Source: Candidatus Omnitrophota bacterium (GTDB lineage Bacteria; Omnitrophota; Omnitrophia; Omnitrophales; Aquincolibacteriaceae). From it: 64,000 nt of DNA. Positions 17,052 through 25,360 of the stretch are shown piece by piece. Each line of letters opens with the position of its first letter. The stretch's first letter is position 1. The DNA lies in NCBI GenBank assembly GCA_022709525.1, contig JAKLIQ010000002.1, forward strand, positions 984-64,983, given 5' to 3'. Position numbers and translations under genes: made by a program. The notes beneath the pieces are model-generated. The model ran no database searches, was not told the DNA's origin, and saw only the letters and a program-made list of their open reading frames with translations.

Positions 17052-18664
17052 TCCGGCACCCTCCGCTGGATGACGTGCGGTTTGCGCCAGGCGATATAGA
17101 CCAAGAAAACCATAAACGCGGCGATCCCGATCAGCATAAATCGGGCAAACCATATGTAAGGATAGTCCGCCGCCGAAACGCCTTTCATGGTCAAGACGCC
17201 CCATCCGTCCTGGATGAACCAGAACACCATAAGAGCCACAAGATACGCCAGCGTGACGTATTTCATGAGCGGAAGCACAAAGCGCGGCAAACGGATATCA
17301 GCACCTGAATTGATCTCTTTCCACGCATTGGCGGCGCCGAATACCCAAATAAAGAGGACCACCTCGAGGATCGCGAAAACCACGAGCCCGAACGTGCCGA
17401 TCCAGAAATCGATCTCATTTAAGAATCCGTGCTTCAGGAAAAAGATCACGGGAAGCGTGAAAAAGAACGTCATCGTTCCCACGATCCATGCGGCGACCCT
17501 GCGAGAGGTCTTAAATTCCTCCTGCAAGAAGGCCATGATGGGCTGAGCCATAGCAACTGACGAAGTAACGCCGGCAAGAAAGAGAAGAAAGAACCAGATC
17601 GTTCCGAACACCTGCCCCAGGAACATCTTCTGGAAAATGATGGGCATCGCAAAAAAACCGAGATCGAAAGCTCCTCCGGCCGCGATCGTCTTTGTTTGAG
17701 CAAGGCCGAAAAAGGCCACCGTGACCGGTATCGCGATCGATCCGCCCAGGATCACCTCGCAGAATTCATTGGTCGTGCTTGTCGCGACACCTGAAAGCAC
17801 CACATCATCCTTGGGTTTCAAGTAGCTTGCGTAGGTCTGGATCGCGCCGAATCCGACGCTTAAGGTAAAAAAGATCTGGCCGGTCGCGGCAAGCCAGACC
17901 TTGCTTTCCTTAAGCATGCTGAAATCGGGATTCCAGATAAAACCAAAACCGTTCGCGATGTTGTTCTCCGGCAAAGCCGGATCGGGGGTCCCGAGAAAGA
18001 GAACGCGGATCACAAGAATGGCTCCGAAGACAAAAATAAGCGGCATGGCGGTCTTGGCAAGACGCTCGATCCCTTTGGAAACCCCGCGCGAGATGATCCA
18101 CATCATGCAGAAATGCGTGATACAGAAAAAAAGGAACGCCGTCATGATATTGGGAAAATAATTATTGGAGATCTTTCCCTGATAGGCGGCGAGGAAATCG
18201 GCCATACCCCGGAAGTCCAGGATGCCGGCGTATTTTCCGGTCAAAGAAAAAACGCTATAAGCCAGCGTCCAGGAAACGATGTAGTTGTAATAGATCACAA
18301 GCGCGAAAGGGATCGTCAGGCCGATCGCGCCGACATATTTCGCGAGCGGGTGCTTCCAGAGGTAATGGAACATCCCCGGCGTCGTCCCATGGCCGTATTT
18401 GCCGCCAAAGCGGCCGATCCCCCATTCGATCCACATGAGCGGGATGCCGAGCAGGATGAACGCGATAAAATAAGGGATCATGAACGCCCCGCCCCCATTC
18501 CCGGCGCACTGGACTGGAAAACGGAGAAAATTCCCGAGACCGACGGCGTTGGCAGCCATCGCAAGGATAAGGCCAAGACGGGTCCCCCACTGTTCGCGGG
18601 ATTTTGGCTGGGAAGGCGGCTGATTCATGGAGAGAAGGTTAGCGAAAAAAAAGGCGAGGTTCAA
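17048..18664 (-). CDS. Sodium-dependent transporter, neurotransmitter:sodium symporter (NSS/SNF) family
   Basis: 538 aa. N-terminal signature REQWGTRLGLILAMAANAVGLGNFLRFP plus about 12 TM segments. The exact start is uncertain (MNL.. at 18664 or MNQPP at 18628). Confidence 0.9.
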   Translation of the reverse strand: MNLAFFFANLLSMNQPPSQPKSREQWGTRLGLILAMAANAVGLGNFLRFPVQCAGNGGGAFMIPYFIAFILLGIPLMWIEWGIGRFGGKYGHGTTPGMFHYLWKHPLAKYVGAIGLTIPFALVIYYNYIVSWTLAYSVFSLTGKYAGILDFRGMADFLAAYQGKISNNYFPNIMTAFLFFCITHFCMMWIISRGVSKGIERLAKTAMPLIFVFGAILVIRVLFLGTPDPALPENNIANGFGFIWNPDFSMLKESKVWLAATGQIFFTLSVGFGAIQTYASYLKPKDDVVLSGVATSTTNEFCEVILGGSIAIPVTVAFFGLAQTKTIAAGGAFDLGFFAMPIIFQKMFLGQVFGTIWFFLLFLAGVTSSVAMAQPIMAFLQEEFKTSRRVAAWIVGTMTFFFTLPVIFFLKHGFLNEIDFWIGTFGLVVFAILEVVLFIWVFGAANAWKEINSGADIRLPRFVLPLMKYVTLAYLVALMVFWFIQDGWGVLTMKGVSAADYPYIWFARFMLIGIAAFMVFLVYIAWRKPHVIQRRVPE

Positions 18665-18708
18665 TCATTAAAATCGAATCGATAATTCCCATATTCCCAG
18701 AGATGGGG

Positions 18709-18994
18709 TTGCAGAATTTCCAAGCGATCCGGGAGCGCGCTCCCGAGGCGAAGCGGGCACGGTGCTCTTGAGGTCTCGATTCGGCACCGGCGGTTCTCGA
18801 ATCCAGCGATTCTCACCCGCCTGCGGCCTCGTTCCGCAAATTTTCCGAACGAAAATACGGAAAAACCATGCTTTGCGAAACTCCGGCAGCTGCCTCCGTC
18901 GAGACCTCAAGAGCGAGCGTAGACGAGGGCGCGAAAGAGTCCCGCCTCGCTGGCGGCGGGACGAATGGCGCTGTAGGATGCTTGGAAATTCTGC
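18709..18994. repeat. MITE-like ~286 bp palindromic element, copy 2 (TIR ttgcagaatttccaagc ... gcttggaaattctgc)
   Basis: About 75-80% identical to copy 1 at 14945..15231, in conserved blocks. It has an internal inverted repeat (ctcttgaggtctcga ... tcgagacctcaagag). Confidence 0.65.
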
Positions 18995-19061
18995 GGAATT
19001 TCCAATACGAAACGCGGGAATTGCCAACAAAAATCGTATGGTTTACCGCGAGAGGAGCGGC

Positions 19062-19274
19062 TTAGCGTATTTTGCGGGCCTGGTATTTATTTTTGATATT
19101 GGATTCAAAAAAGCGGCCGTAAGAAGGGGCCGTGAGGAATTCCTGGTAAACCGTTTCGGGGACGTTCTCATATTGGTATATGGAACCGACGATGAATTCG
19201 ACCTGGAGCATGTTGCGTTTATGTTCGTACCCGATCCACTCAATCTCACGAGATAAAACCATATTATTAATCAT
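19062..19274 (-). CDS. KTSC domain-containing protein (70 aa)
   Basis: MINNMVLSREIEWIGYEHKRNMLQVEFIVGSIYQYENVPETVYQEFLTAPSYGRFFESNIKNKYQARKI matches the KTSC fold consensus (...V.Y.....L.VEF..G..Y.Y..VP..VY..L..A.S.G.YF...I...Y). A GGGGGA RBS lies 5 nt upstream of the ATG at 19274. The 167-aa version in the ORF track is an over-extension. Confidence 0.75.
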   Translation of the reverse strand: MINNMVLSREIEWIGYEHKRNMLQVEFIVGSIYQYENVPETVYQEFLTAPSYGRFFESNIKNKYQARKIR

Positions 19275-19482
19275 GTTGTCCCCCTTGGTTACTATGATTA
19301 ACGGACAAAATGATGAAATCTTGAATTTTTTGGAACATTTTTTGTGAAAATCCTGTCCAAGACACACGGATCCCGCGTCATCACACGAGCTAAAAGCATG
19401 TGAGCTTTTTACCAAGATCCCTCGAAGAACTTTTTTCCGCTTCATACCCCAGACGCGGGAAAAAGCGCCCTCATCAGACAGA

Positions 19483-19698
19483 TTAAGAGTTCGGATGTCT
19501 GCGCGGGTTTTCGAGCAGGACGCGTATTTCTTCATCAAGCGCTCCGAATTCTTTTGCGATGGCAATGAACTCGGGGCAGTTCTCGTACCGCTCCTCGATC
19601 AAAGCCTCTCTGAGGTAGATCAGGGCGGTCAACTTCACGGGATTCCGTGACCTCCGCCTGTATCTTGTGTTGATGCCCGGACTTAATGTCGGATTCAT
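19483..19698 (-). CDS. Hypothetical small protein (71 aa)
   Basis: AAGGAG lies 9 nt upstream of the ATG (MNPTLSPGINTRYRRRSRNP...). No recognisable domain. Confidence 0.4.
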   Translation of the reverse strand: MNPTLSPGINTRYRRRSRNPVKLTALIYLREALIEERYENCPEFIAIAKEFGALDEEIRVLLENPRRHPNS

Positions 19699-19725
19699 CT
19701 TTGAATCTCCTTTTATGAGCACGTG

Positions 19726-19756
19726 ACTTACGGAACAAGTGAACGTAAGTCACTGT
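19726..19756. promoter_or_regulatory. Perfect 10 bp inverted repeat GTGACTTACG-N11-CGTAAGTCAC, 30-60 bp upstream of the 71-aa ORF
   Basis: Read directly. Could be an operator or a 5'-UTR hairpin. Confidence 0.4.
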
Positions 19757-19880
19757 GCGAATTAAATCCGCCAACGCTTTGTGGCGGATCTTTTCCCAAT
19801 CTCGAACCATTTCGAGGTCAGGACACCGCGTCCGCCAAATTGCTGGCGGATTCGTCCTACGCCAAAGACCGGCGCAGGCG

Positions 19881-19921
19881 AAAAAAAAGCCCATGACCGC
19901 TTTTCACGATCATGGGCTTTT
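19881..19921. terminator. Bidirectional rho-independent terminator (A8, stem gcccatga/tcatgggc, T4)
   Basis: 8 bp GC-rich stem with a 13 nt loop, flanked by aaaaaaaa on one side and tttt on the other. It is downstream of the minus-strand genes ending at 19955. Confidence 0.6.
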
Positions 19922-19954
19922 GAATGATTCCGTTTTTGTCTTATTACTACCGGC

Positions 19955-20098
19955 TTACGCTTGGTCCTCCCGAGCGTCCCTCAAAAGCCCACGGCCGCGA
20001 ACCGCATGGCGGCATTTCGTGGACAGAAACCACGCCTGCGCCATGACGATGTTCATGGGATATTTCGCTAAGCTATGGATCTGATTGAGGTTACGCTT
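19955..20098 (-). CDS. Hypothetical micro-protein (about 48 aa, MKKRNLNQIHSLAKYPMNIVMAQAWFLSTKCRHAVRGRGLLRDAREDQA)
   Basis: AAGGGA lies 6 nt upstream of the ATG. It is followed by the terminator at 19881-19921. The ORF track gives a longer alternative-start version to 20242. Weakly supported. Confidence 0.3.
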   Translation of the reverse strand, partial: KRNLNQIHSLAKYPMNIVMAQAWFLSTKCRHAVRGRGLLRDAREDQA

Positions 20099-20266
20099 TT
20101 TCATGATTTTCCCTTCGCGATAACTACGCCCCAAATGTAGCAGATTTCGGGATTTTGTCAATCCCTCGACCATCTCCGGCATAAGACCGAAGCTTGCTCG
20201 GGATTGACCCTGAGTGTTTTGAATCGAATGGGCCAACTGCAACGGACGGGAAGAAAAAAGAAAGGA

Positions 20267-21073
20267 TCAGGAGTAAATACGGATACGGCGCCTGAATTCA
20301 CTCCAGGGAAAGAATTTTCCGGGACACTCGGTGGCGGCCCCGGGAACATCGCGGTGACCGTTAATGTTCTGATCCGGAATGCGGTAGAATTTTTTCAGTG
20401 TGATCGTAAGAAAAACAAGGGAATCGAGCATCTTGTCAGGGAGCCCTGTTTCGCTATAGTTGCCCACGACCGCGATCCCGATCGACTTTTTGTTGTAATC
20501 GCTCGCCTTCGTGTGAGCGCCATCCATCTGTTTGATCCAGCGCGGGCCCACCTCGATCTGGCCCATGGTTTTCCCACGAGTGCCGTTGTCGATCAAGAAG
20601 TGATAACCCATCCCGTTCTCCCAGCCTCTCTTTTGGTGTAAACCGTCAATGCTGTAAGCGCTTCCCACATCGGTCGCGGTATGATGGATCGTGATATGCG
20701 TCCAGCGCGTCGTGATATAGAGCGGGATATTCGGCCGCGGGCCGCGCGTGTTGGGAACAAGGAGTTTCTGCCCCCGCTTGATCTGCCTCGGGTCCTTGAT
20801 GTTATTGACCCGCATCAGGGTTGCCATATCCACGCTATAGATGCTGGAAATGCGCCACAGGGTTTCGGAAGGGCCGACTTCGTGGTAGACAGTTCGCAAC
20901 GGGCCTGCGGGAGCCGGCAGGACGGTGCTGATCGCGGAAGAGGGGCCGGAAGGCTGATAAACCGTTTGTCTCGACGATGCGCATCCGGACAGAACGCCAA
21001 CGCTCGCAAAAATAACGAGAAGCGCCCAACCCTGCAGGTTTGAGGATCTCTGTTTGGATATTGGAAGTCGCAC
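20267..21073 (-). CDS. Lipoprotein with a LysM domain and N-acetylmuramoyl-L-alanine amidase (amidase_2/PGRP family)
   Basis: Signal peptide plus lipobox (LLVIFASVGVLSGCAS). LysM-like TLWRISSIYSVDMATLMRVNNIKDPRQIKRGQKLLVP. Amidase_2 motifs GYHFLIDNGTRG, IGIAVVGNY, INGHRDV. Confidence 0.85.
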   Translation of the reverse strand: MRLPISKQRSSNLQGWALLVIFASVGVLSGCASSRQTVYQPSGPSSAISTVLPAPAGPLRTVYHEVGPSETLWRISSIYSVDMATLMRVNNIKDPRQIKRGQKLLVPNTRGPRPNIPLYITTRWTHITIHHTATDVGSAYSIDGLHQKRGWENGMGYHFLIDNGTRGKTMGQIEVGPRWIKQMDGAHTKASDYNKKSIGIAVVGNYSETGLPDKMLDSLVFLTITLKKFYRIPDQNINGHRDVPGAATECPGKFFPWSEFRRRIRIYS

Positions 21074-21137
21074 GTGATATGCCTTTATTGCTAATAATTT
21101 TCGCCCAAATGCTCGAGGACTTTAGCCCCCTTTGTCT

Positions 21138-21173
21138 CAACTAGCGCAGTTAAAATTTTAACTGCGCTAGTTG
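21138..21173. promoter_or_regulatory. 36 bp perfect palindrome caactagcgcagttaaaa|ttttaactgcgctagttg between the tal-pgi and amidase genes
   Basis: Read directly. 18 bp arms and no following U-run, so it looks more like a protein-binding site or RNA hairpin than a canonical terminator. Confidence 0.45.
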
Positions 21174-21179
21174 AAAAGG

Positions 21180-24047
21180 TTAAGGCTTTAAATATGAAGC
21201 AATTTTCCTTTGGAAAGCATTCAATCCGGCCGGCAAATTGGCGCCGAGCTCCACCCCCAAAACAGGGAGTCCTTTGCTTGAGATCGCCTCATAATCCCCC
21301 ATGGCCTGGGCGCGCTTTAGCTGGCTAAACCCGTAGACCTCGCCGGGGATCTTCACATCCTTCGCATCTTGAACGAAAAACTCGATAAAAATACCCTGTT
21401 TGGGACCGCCCTTGTAAAGCTGGCCGATCGAATGAAGGTACCGCGGGCCGAAACCCGACAGGACCGGGACTTTCAAAGCTGACGCGATGGTTTTCTGTAA
21501 ACCCTGCAGAGCTTTTTTGCTGGCCGGAGAACGGTCAAGATAAGCCAAAAGCGACACGAAACCGTTTTTCGGAAGTTTGGCAAAAAAACCATCCAACAAT
21601 TTCTTTTCCGCCGGCGCTAGTTTTGAGCTGCGGGCCGCCAGGATCTTGCCGGGTTTCGGCAAGGCCTTTTTCTTTTTAATGTCGCCCAAAAGACGGCTTG
21701 TGATGTTCTTGGATTCCGTCACATTCGGCTCGTCGAAGGGGTTGACCTTAAGGACCACGCTCGCAAAACTTGTCGCGACTTCCCACCGGAGGAATTCTCC
21801 GCCCACGTTCATGCCGTCATCCCAGACAAAATCCAAAACTGGAAACCCTTTGGTCTTTAATGGCTTGATGCGCGCTGCCCAAAGCTTTTCATTTTCGCCT
21901 TTCAAACGGAGCGTGACGAAAACCCGGTCGCTGCCGTAGCGGTCGAGGTTCAGAGGCGGTTCTCCCGCCACGGGAGTAATGCCCTTCCCTTCCTTGCCCG
22001 TGCTTTCGGCGATCAATTGCTCCGCCCAGTCGGCGAAGGAAGCAAGCGACGGCGATGTCCAAAAAGTCAGTTTATCTTTACCTTTAAGCGCCAGGACGCC
22101 TAAGAGAATACCGAGCGCGATCCCTTCGTTTTTTGAAATATCCGTCACGGCGCGCATTTGATCCAAGAAACGCTTCGCGTCCGCAAGGATTTGCCTGGCA
22201 TCGATCCCAAGAAGCGCCGCCGGCACAAGCCCGAAGAATGAAAGCGCGGAATACCGGCCTCCGATATCCTGGGGATTTAAGAAAAGCCCGCCGAAAGTCT
22301 TTGAGCGACCGAGATCGGCGAGCGGCGAACCTTCATCGGTGACGATCACGAAACGTTCCGCGGCTTTATTCTCATCGCCTTTGTAGAATTTTTTCACCCG
22401 ATCGAAAAAATACTGGTACTGGGACCGCGTTTCGATCGTGGAACCGGATTTGCTCCCCACGATAAAAAGCGTGGAAGGATAACGCACCGCCTTTTCAACC
22501 TTAAGAATGCTGGCCGGGTCGGTGGTATCCAGAAGATGGAACCGAATCCCTTTAAGCGCTCCCTTTATTTTTTGCGAGGGCTTCTTCAGAATGAGCGAAA
22601 GCACTTCGGCAGCCAGACTGGAACCGCCCATGCCAAGCAAGACGATGTCGCGGATCTTCGCCTTGGAGGCCTTTTCCTGGAGCTGGTCGATCTCATAGAG
22701 TTTCCCCATGATCTTCTCGCAGTTATCCACCCATCCCAAGCGGTTAAGGATCACTTTTTGGTGCGCGGCATCATTCGACCAAAGCGTCGGATCTTTGGCC
22801 AGCCAGCGCGCGTGAACGTCTTTCTTGGAAAGCTGCGCGATCGTATCTTTTACCTTTTTTTCAAGATCGGAAGTAAGCGAAACGTTGACTTTCACGGGCG
22901 ATGCCATGGGAGATTCCCTTTTCTGTTCGAGGGTTTTCATGAGAGATTCGAAAGAATTCACGAAAGATTTCACGCCGTCTTTTTGCAGGCGGTCGCAAAC
23001 CGCGTGAATATCAATGCCAAGACCTTTGAGATCCGCGATCGCCGATTCGGCTTCTTGGAGATTTTCTTCGATCGTATCGGGCCGGATCTGGCCGTGGGCC
23101 AAAAGCGCTTCCCACGTCGCCTGCGGCAGCGTGTTGACGGTATCTTTGCCGACAAGCGTCTCCACATAAAGCAAGTCGGGGTACGCGGGGTTTTTTGTGC
23201 TGGTGCTGCCCCAAAGCGCCTTCTGAACATAGGCGCCTTTTTTCTTAAGCGCCTGAAAGCGGCCCGAGCGGAACAGTTCTTTAAAAGAGCGGTAGATCAT
23301 CTTGGAGTTCGCGATCGCGGCCTTGCCCTTGAGGTCCGTGAGAAGCATCCGTTTTGCGGCATCATCTTCGGTCGCCAGTTTCGTATCAAGCTGCTTATCG
23401 ATATCCGTGTCGATGCGGCTGACGAAAACGCTCGCGACGGAATGGACTTTGGAAAGGTCCCCGCCCTTTTTGGCAAAAGTCTCGAGCCCGTCAAGATAGG
23501 CGTTCGCCACGTCGCGGTAGTTTTTCTGAGAGAAAATAAGCGTCACATTGACATTGATGCCGTCCCCAATGAGACGCCGGACCGCGCGGACGCCCGGCTC
23601 GGTCGCGGGAACCTTGATCATCACATTCGGACGGTCCACAAGCCGGAAGAGCCGCTTGGCTTCTTCCACCGTCGCATCCTCATTAAAAGCCAGATTCGGA
23701 AGCACTTCCAAGCTTACGAAACCGTGTTCGCCGCGGGTCTTTTTGAATACCGGCCAAAAAAGATCACAGGTTTCACGGATATCGGCCACTGTCAAAACAT
23801 CGTAAACCTCAAGCGTGCTCGCCCCGCGTTTGAGAAGCTTTTGGATATCCCGCTCGTAACCTTCCCCCTGGCTGATGGCCTGCTGGAAAATGGAAGGATT
23901 GGAAGTGACGCCGAGCAACCCGCTTTCTTCGATATAAGCTTTAAGCATCCCGGACCTTAAGAGCTTCCGGCTGATCGTATCGAGCCAGGGCCCCTGCCCG
24001 GCCTTGTAAAGTTCAATGCTCGGCAAACGCGTCGCTGCGGTTTCCAT
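21180..24047 (-). CDS. Bifunctional transaldolase / glucose-6-phosphate isomerase
   Basis: N-terminal transaldolase motifs (GVTSNPSIF, IKVPATEPG). C-terminal PGI motifs (LGMGGSSLAAEVL, SKSGSTIETRSQY). About 955 aa. I prefer the start at METAATRL (24047) over the ORF-track start at 24065. Confidence 0.85.
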   Translation of the reverse strand: METAATRLPSIELYKAGQGPWLDTISRKLLRSGMLKAYIEESGLLGVTSNPSIFQQAISQGEGYERDIQKLLKRGASTLEVYDVLTVADIRETCDLFWPVFKKTRGEHGFVSLEVLPNLAFNEDATVEEAKRLFRLVDRPNVMIKVPATEPGVRAVRRLIGDGINVNVTLIFSQKNYRDVANAYLDGLETFAKKGGDLSKVHSVASVFVSRIDTDIDKQLDTKLATEDDAAKRMLLTDLKGKAAIANSKMIYRSFKELFRSGRFQALKKKGAYVQKALWGSTSTKNPAYPDLLYVETLVGKDTVNTLPQATWEALLAHGQIRPDTIEENLQEAESAIADLKGLGIDIHAVCDRLQKDGVKSFVNSFESLMKTLEQKRESPMASPVKVNVSLTSDLEKKVKDTIAQLSKKDVHARWLAKDPTLWSNDAAHQKVILNRLGWVDNCEKIMGKLYEIDQLQEKASKAKIRDIVLLGMGGSSLAAEVLSLILKKPSQKIKGALKGIRFHLLDTTDPASILKVEKAVRYPSTLFIVGSKSGSTIETRSQYQYFFDRVKKFYKGDENKAAERFVIVTDEGSPLADLGRSKTFGGLFLNPQDIGGRYSALSFFGLVPAALLGIDARQILADAKRFLDQMRAVTDISKNEGIALGILLGVLALKGKDKLTFWTSPSLASFADWAEQLIAESTGKEGKGITPVAGEPPLNLDRYGSDRVFVTLRLKGENEKLWAARIKPLKTKGFPVLDFVWDDGMNVGGEFLRWEVATSFASVVLKVNPFDEPNVTESKNITSRLLGDIKKKKALPKPGKILAARSSKLAPAEKKLLDGFFAKLPKNGFVSLLAYLDRSPASKKALQGLQKTIASALKVPVLSGFGPRYLHSIGQLYKGGPKQGIFIEFFVQDAKDVKIPGEVYGFSQLKRAQAMGDYEAISSKGLPVLGVELGANLPAGLNAFQRKIASYLKP

Positions 24048-24146
24048 GGTTCCCTTTCTTATCATGAATTATGTAAGAGAATTTAAGGTTTTCAGGAGAG
24101 AAAAACTTGAGAAGTATATCATGAGGGGATGGAGCGCACAACGACA

Positions 24147-25223
24147 TCAAGAGGTTAAATTCTCCCGGACCTTCACGATCAGTTCTTTGACCCCCTGCTT
24201 GCGTGCGGCCGAAACAAGGACGCCCTCCGGAAAATTCTCCTGGGCCCTCGTCTTCTCCGCGTCGTTCAAAAGATCGGCCTTGTTTAGCGCGAGAACTTTT
24301 TTCTTGGCCTCCGCTCCCAATTCTTTCAGGACTTCGTCCACCACATATTTATGCTGGATGAAATGCTCGCTTGCCGCATCGACAACAACCAAGATCAGAT
24401 CGGCATCAACAGCTTCCTCAAGCGTCGCATGGAACGCTTTGACAAGTCCGTGCGGCAGATTCCGGATGAACCCGACCGTATCGGTAAAAAGGATCGCGGG
24501 CTCCGTCCCGTCGTTATAGATCCGCGTCTTCGGATCGAGGGTCGCGAAAAGCCGGTTTTCCACATACGCGTCGGCGCCCGTGAGGGCGTTTAAAAGCGTG
24601 GATTTTCCCGCATTGGTGTAACCGACGATGGCCACCTGCCGCAGCCCTTTTTGCCTGCGGCCTTTGCGGATCTGAGCCCGGTGCGTCCGGAGTTTTTCCA
24701 ATTGCGCTTGAATATACTCCATGCGCCGGCGGATCTTACGGCGGTCCACTTCGAGCTTTTGTTCGCCGGGGCCGCGCGTCCCGATGCCGCCTCCAAGACG
24801 CGACATGATCACGCCCTGTCCGACAAGCCGCGGCAGGAGATACTGCATCTGCGCCAGCTCGACCTGGAGTTTTCCATCGCTTGAAACGGCGCGCCTCGCA
24901 AAAATATCGAGGATCAGTCCCGTCCGGTCGACCACCCGGACGCCGCAATCCTCCTCAAGATTCCGCGCCTGGACAGGCGTCAAGTCGACACTGAAGATCA
25001 GAACATTCGCTCCGGTTTTGACGATCTCGTCGCGAAGCTCCCCGATCTTTCCTTTGCGGATAAAATGACTCGGGCTGGGATGAACCACATTGGCCGTCAC
25101 GCTCGCGACCACGCTCCCTTGGGCGGATTCGGTCAGCTCCGTCATCTCCTCCAGGATGTCGCGAGGTTCGGGACAGTCCTTCGCGCCCGTTTTGATGAGG
25201 ACCAGGCAAACTTTATCGCGCAT
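24147..25223 (-). CDS. hflX: GTPase HflX
   Basis: G-domain motifs GYTNAGKSTLLNALTG, DTVGFI, NKAD. GGAGGG lies 9 nt upstream of the MRDKVCLVLI start at 25223. The ORF-track extension to 25331 runs into a palindromic repeat and is probably not translated. Confidence 0.85.
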   Translation of the reverse strand: MRDKVCLVLIKTGAKDCPEPRDILEEMTELTESAQGSVVASVTANVVHPSPSHFIRKGKIGELRDEIVKTGANVLIFSVDLTPVQARNLEEDCGVRVVDRTGLILDIFARRAVSSDGKLQVELAQMQYLLPRLVGQGVIMSRLGGGIGTRGPGEQKLEVDRRKIRRRMEYIQAQLEKLRTHRAQIRKGRRQKGLRQVAIVGYTNAGKSTLLNALTGADAYVENRLFATLDPKTRIYNDGTEPAILFTDTVGFIRNLPHGLVKAFHATLEEAVDADLILVVVDAASEHFIQHKYVVDEVLKELGAEAKKKVLALNKADLLNDAEKTRAQENFPEGVLVSAARKQGVKELIVKVRENLTS

Positions 25224-25252
25224 AACCGTCACCCTCCGGACGACGCGGAAAG

Positions 25253-25318
25253 TCGGGACTAGGGACTCGGGACTCGCCTTGGATTTGACGCGCAACAAGT
25301 CCCGAGGGACGAGTCCCG
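25253..25318. repeat. Small palindromic element family 1 (gggactcgggactcg ... cgagggacgagtccc), copy A
   Basis: Shares the gggactcg / cgagtccc / gggactaggg core with copies at 28490, 29006, 30086 and 30980. Confidence 0.6.
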
Positions 25319-25360
25319 CCGTCTCGATCAAACATTACATGATCCGGTCTTAAATAACTC

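Noticed and set aside
19062-19565. 167-aa version of the KTSC ORF
   Set aside because: Only the C-terminal 70 aa match the KTSC domain and carry a strong RBS. The upstream part is Cys/Ser-rich junk and would overlap the next gene.
22536-23960. 474-aa plus-strand ORF
   Set aside because: Antisense to the tal-pgi gene. Arg-rich, low-complexity.
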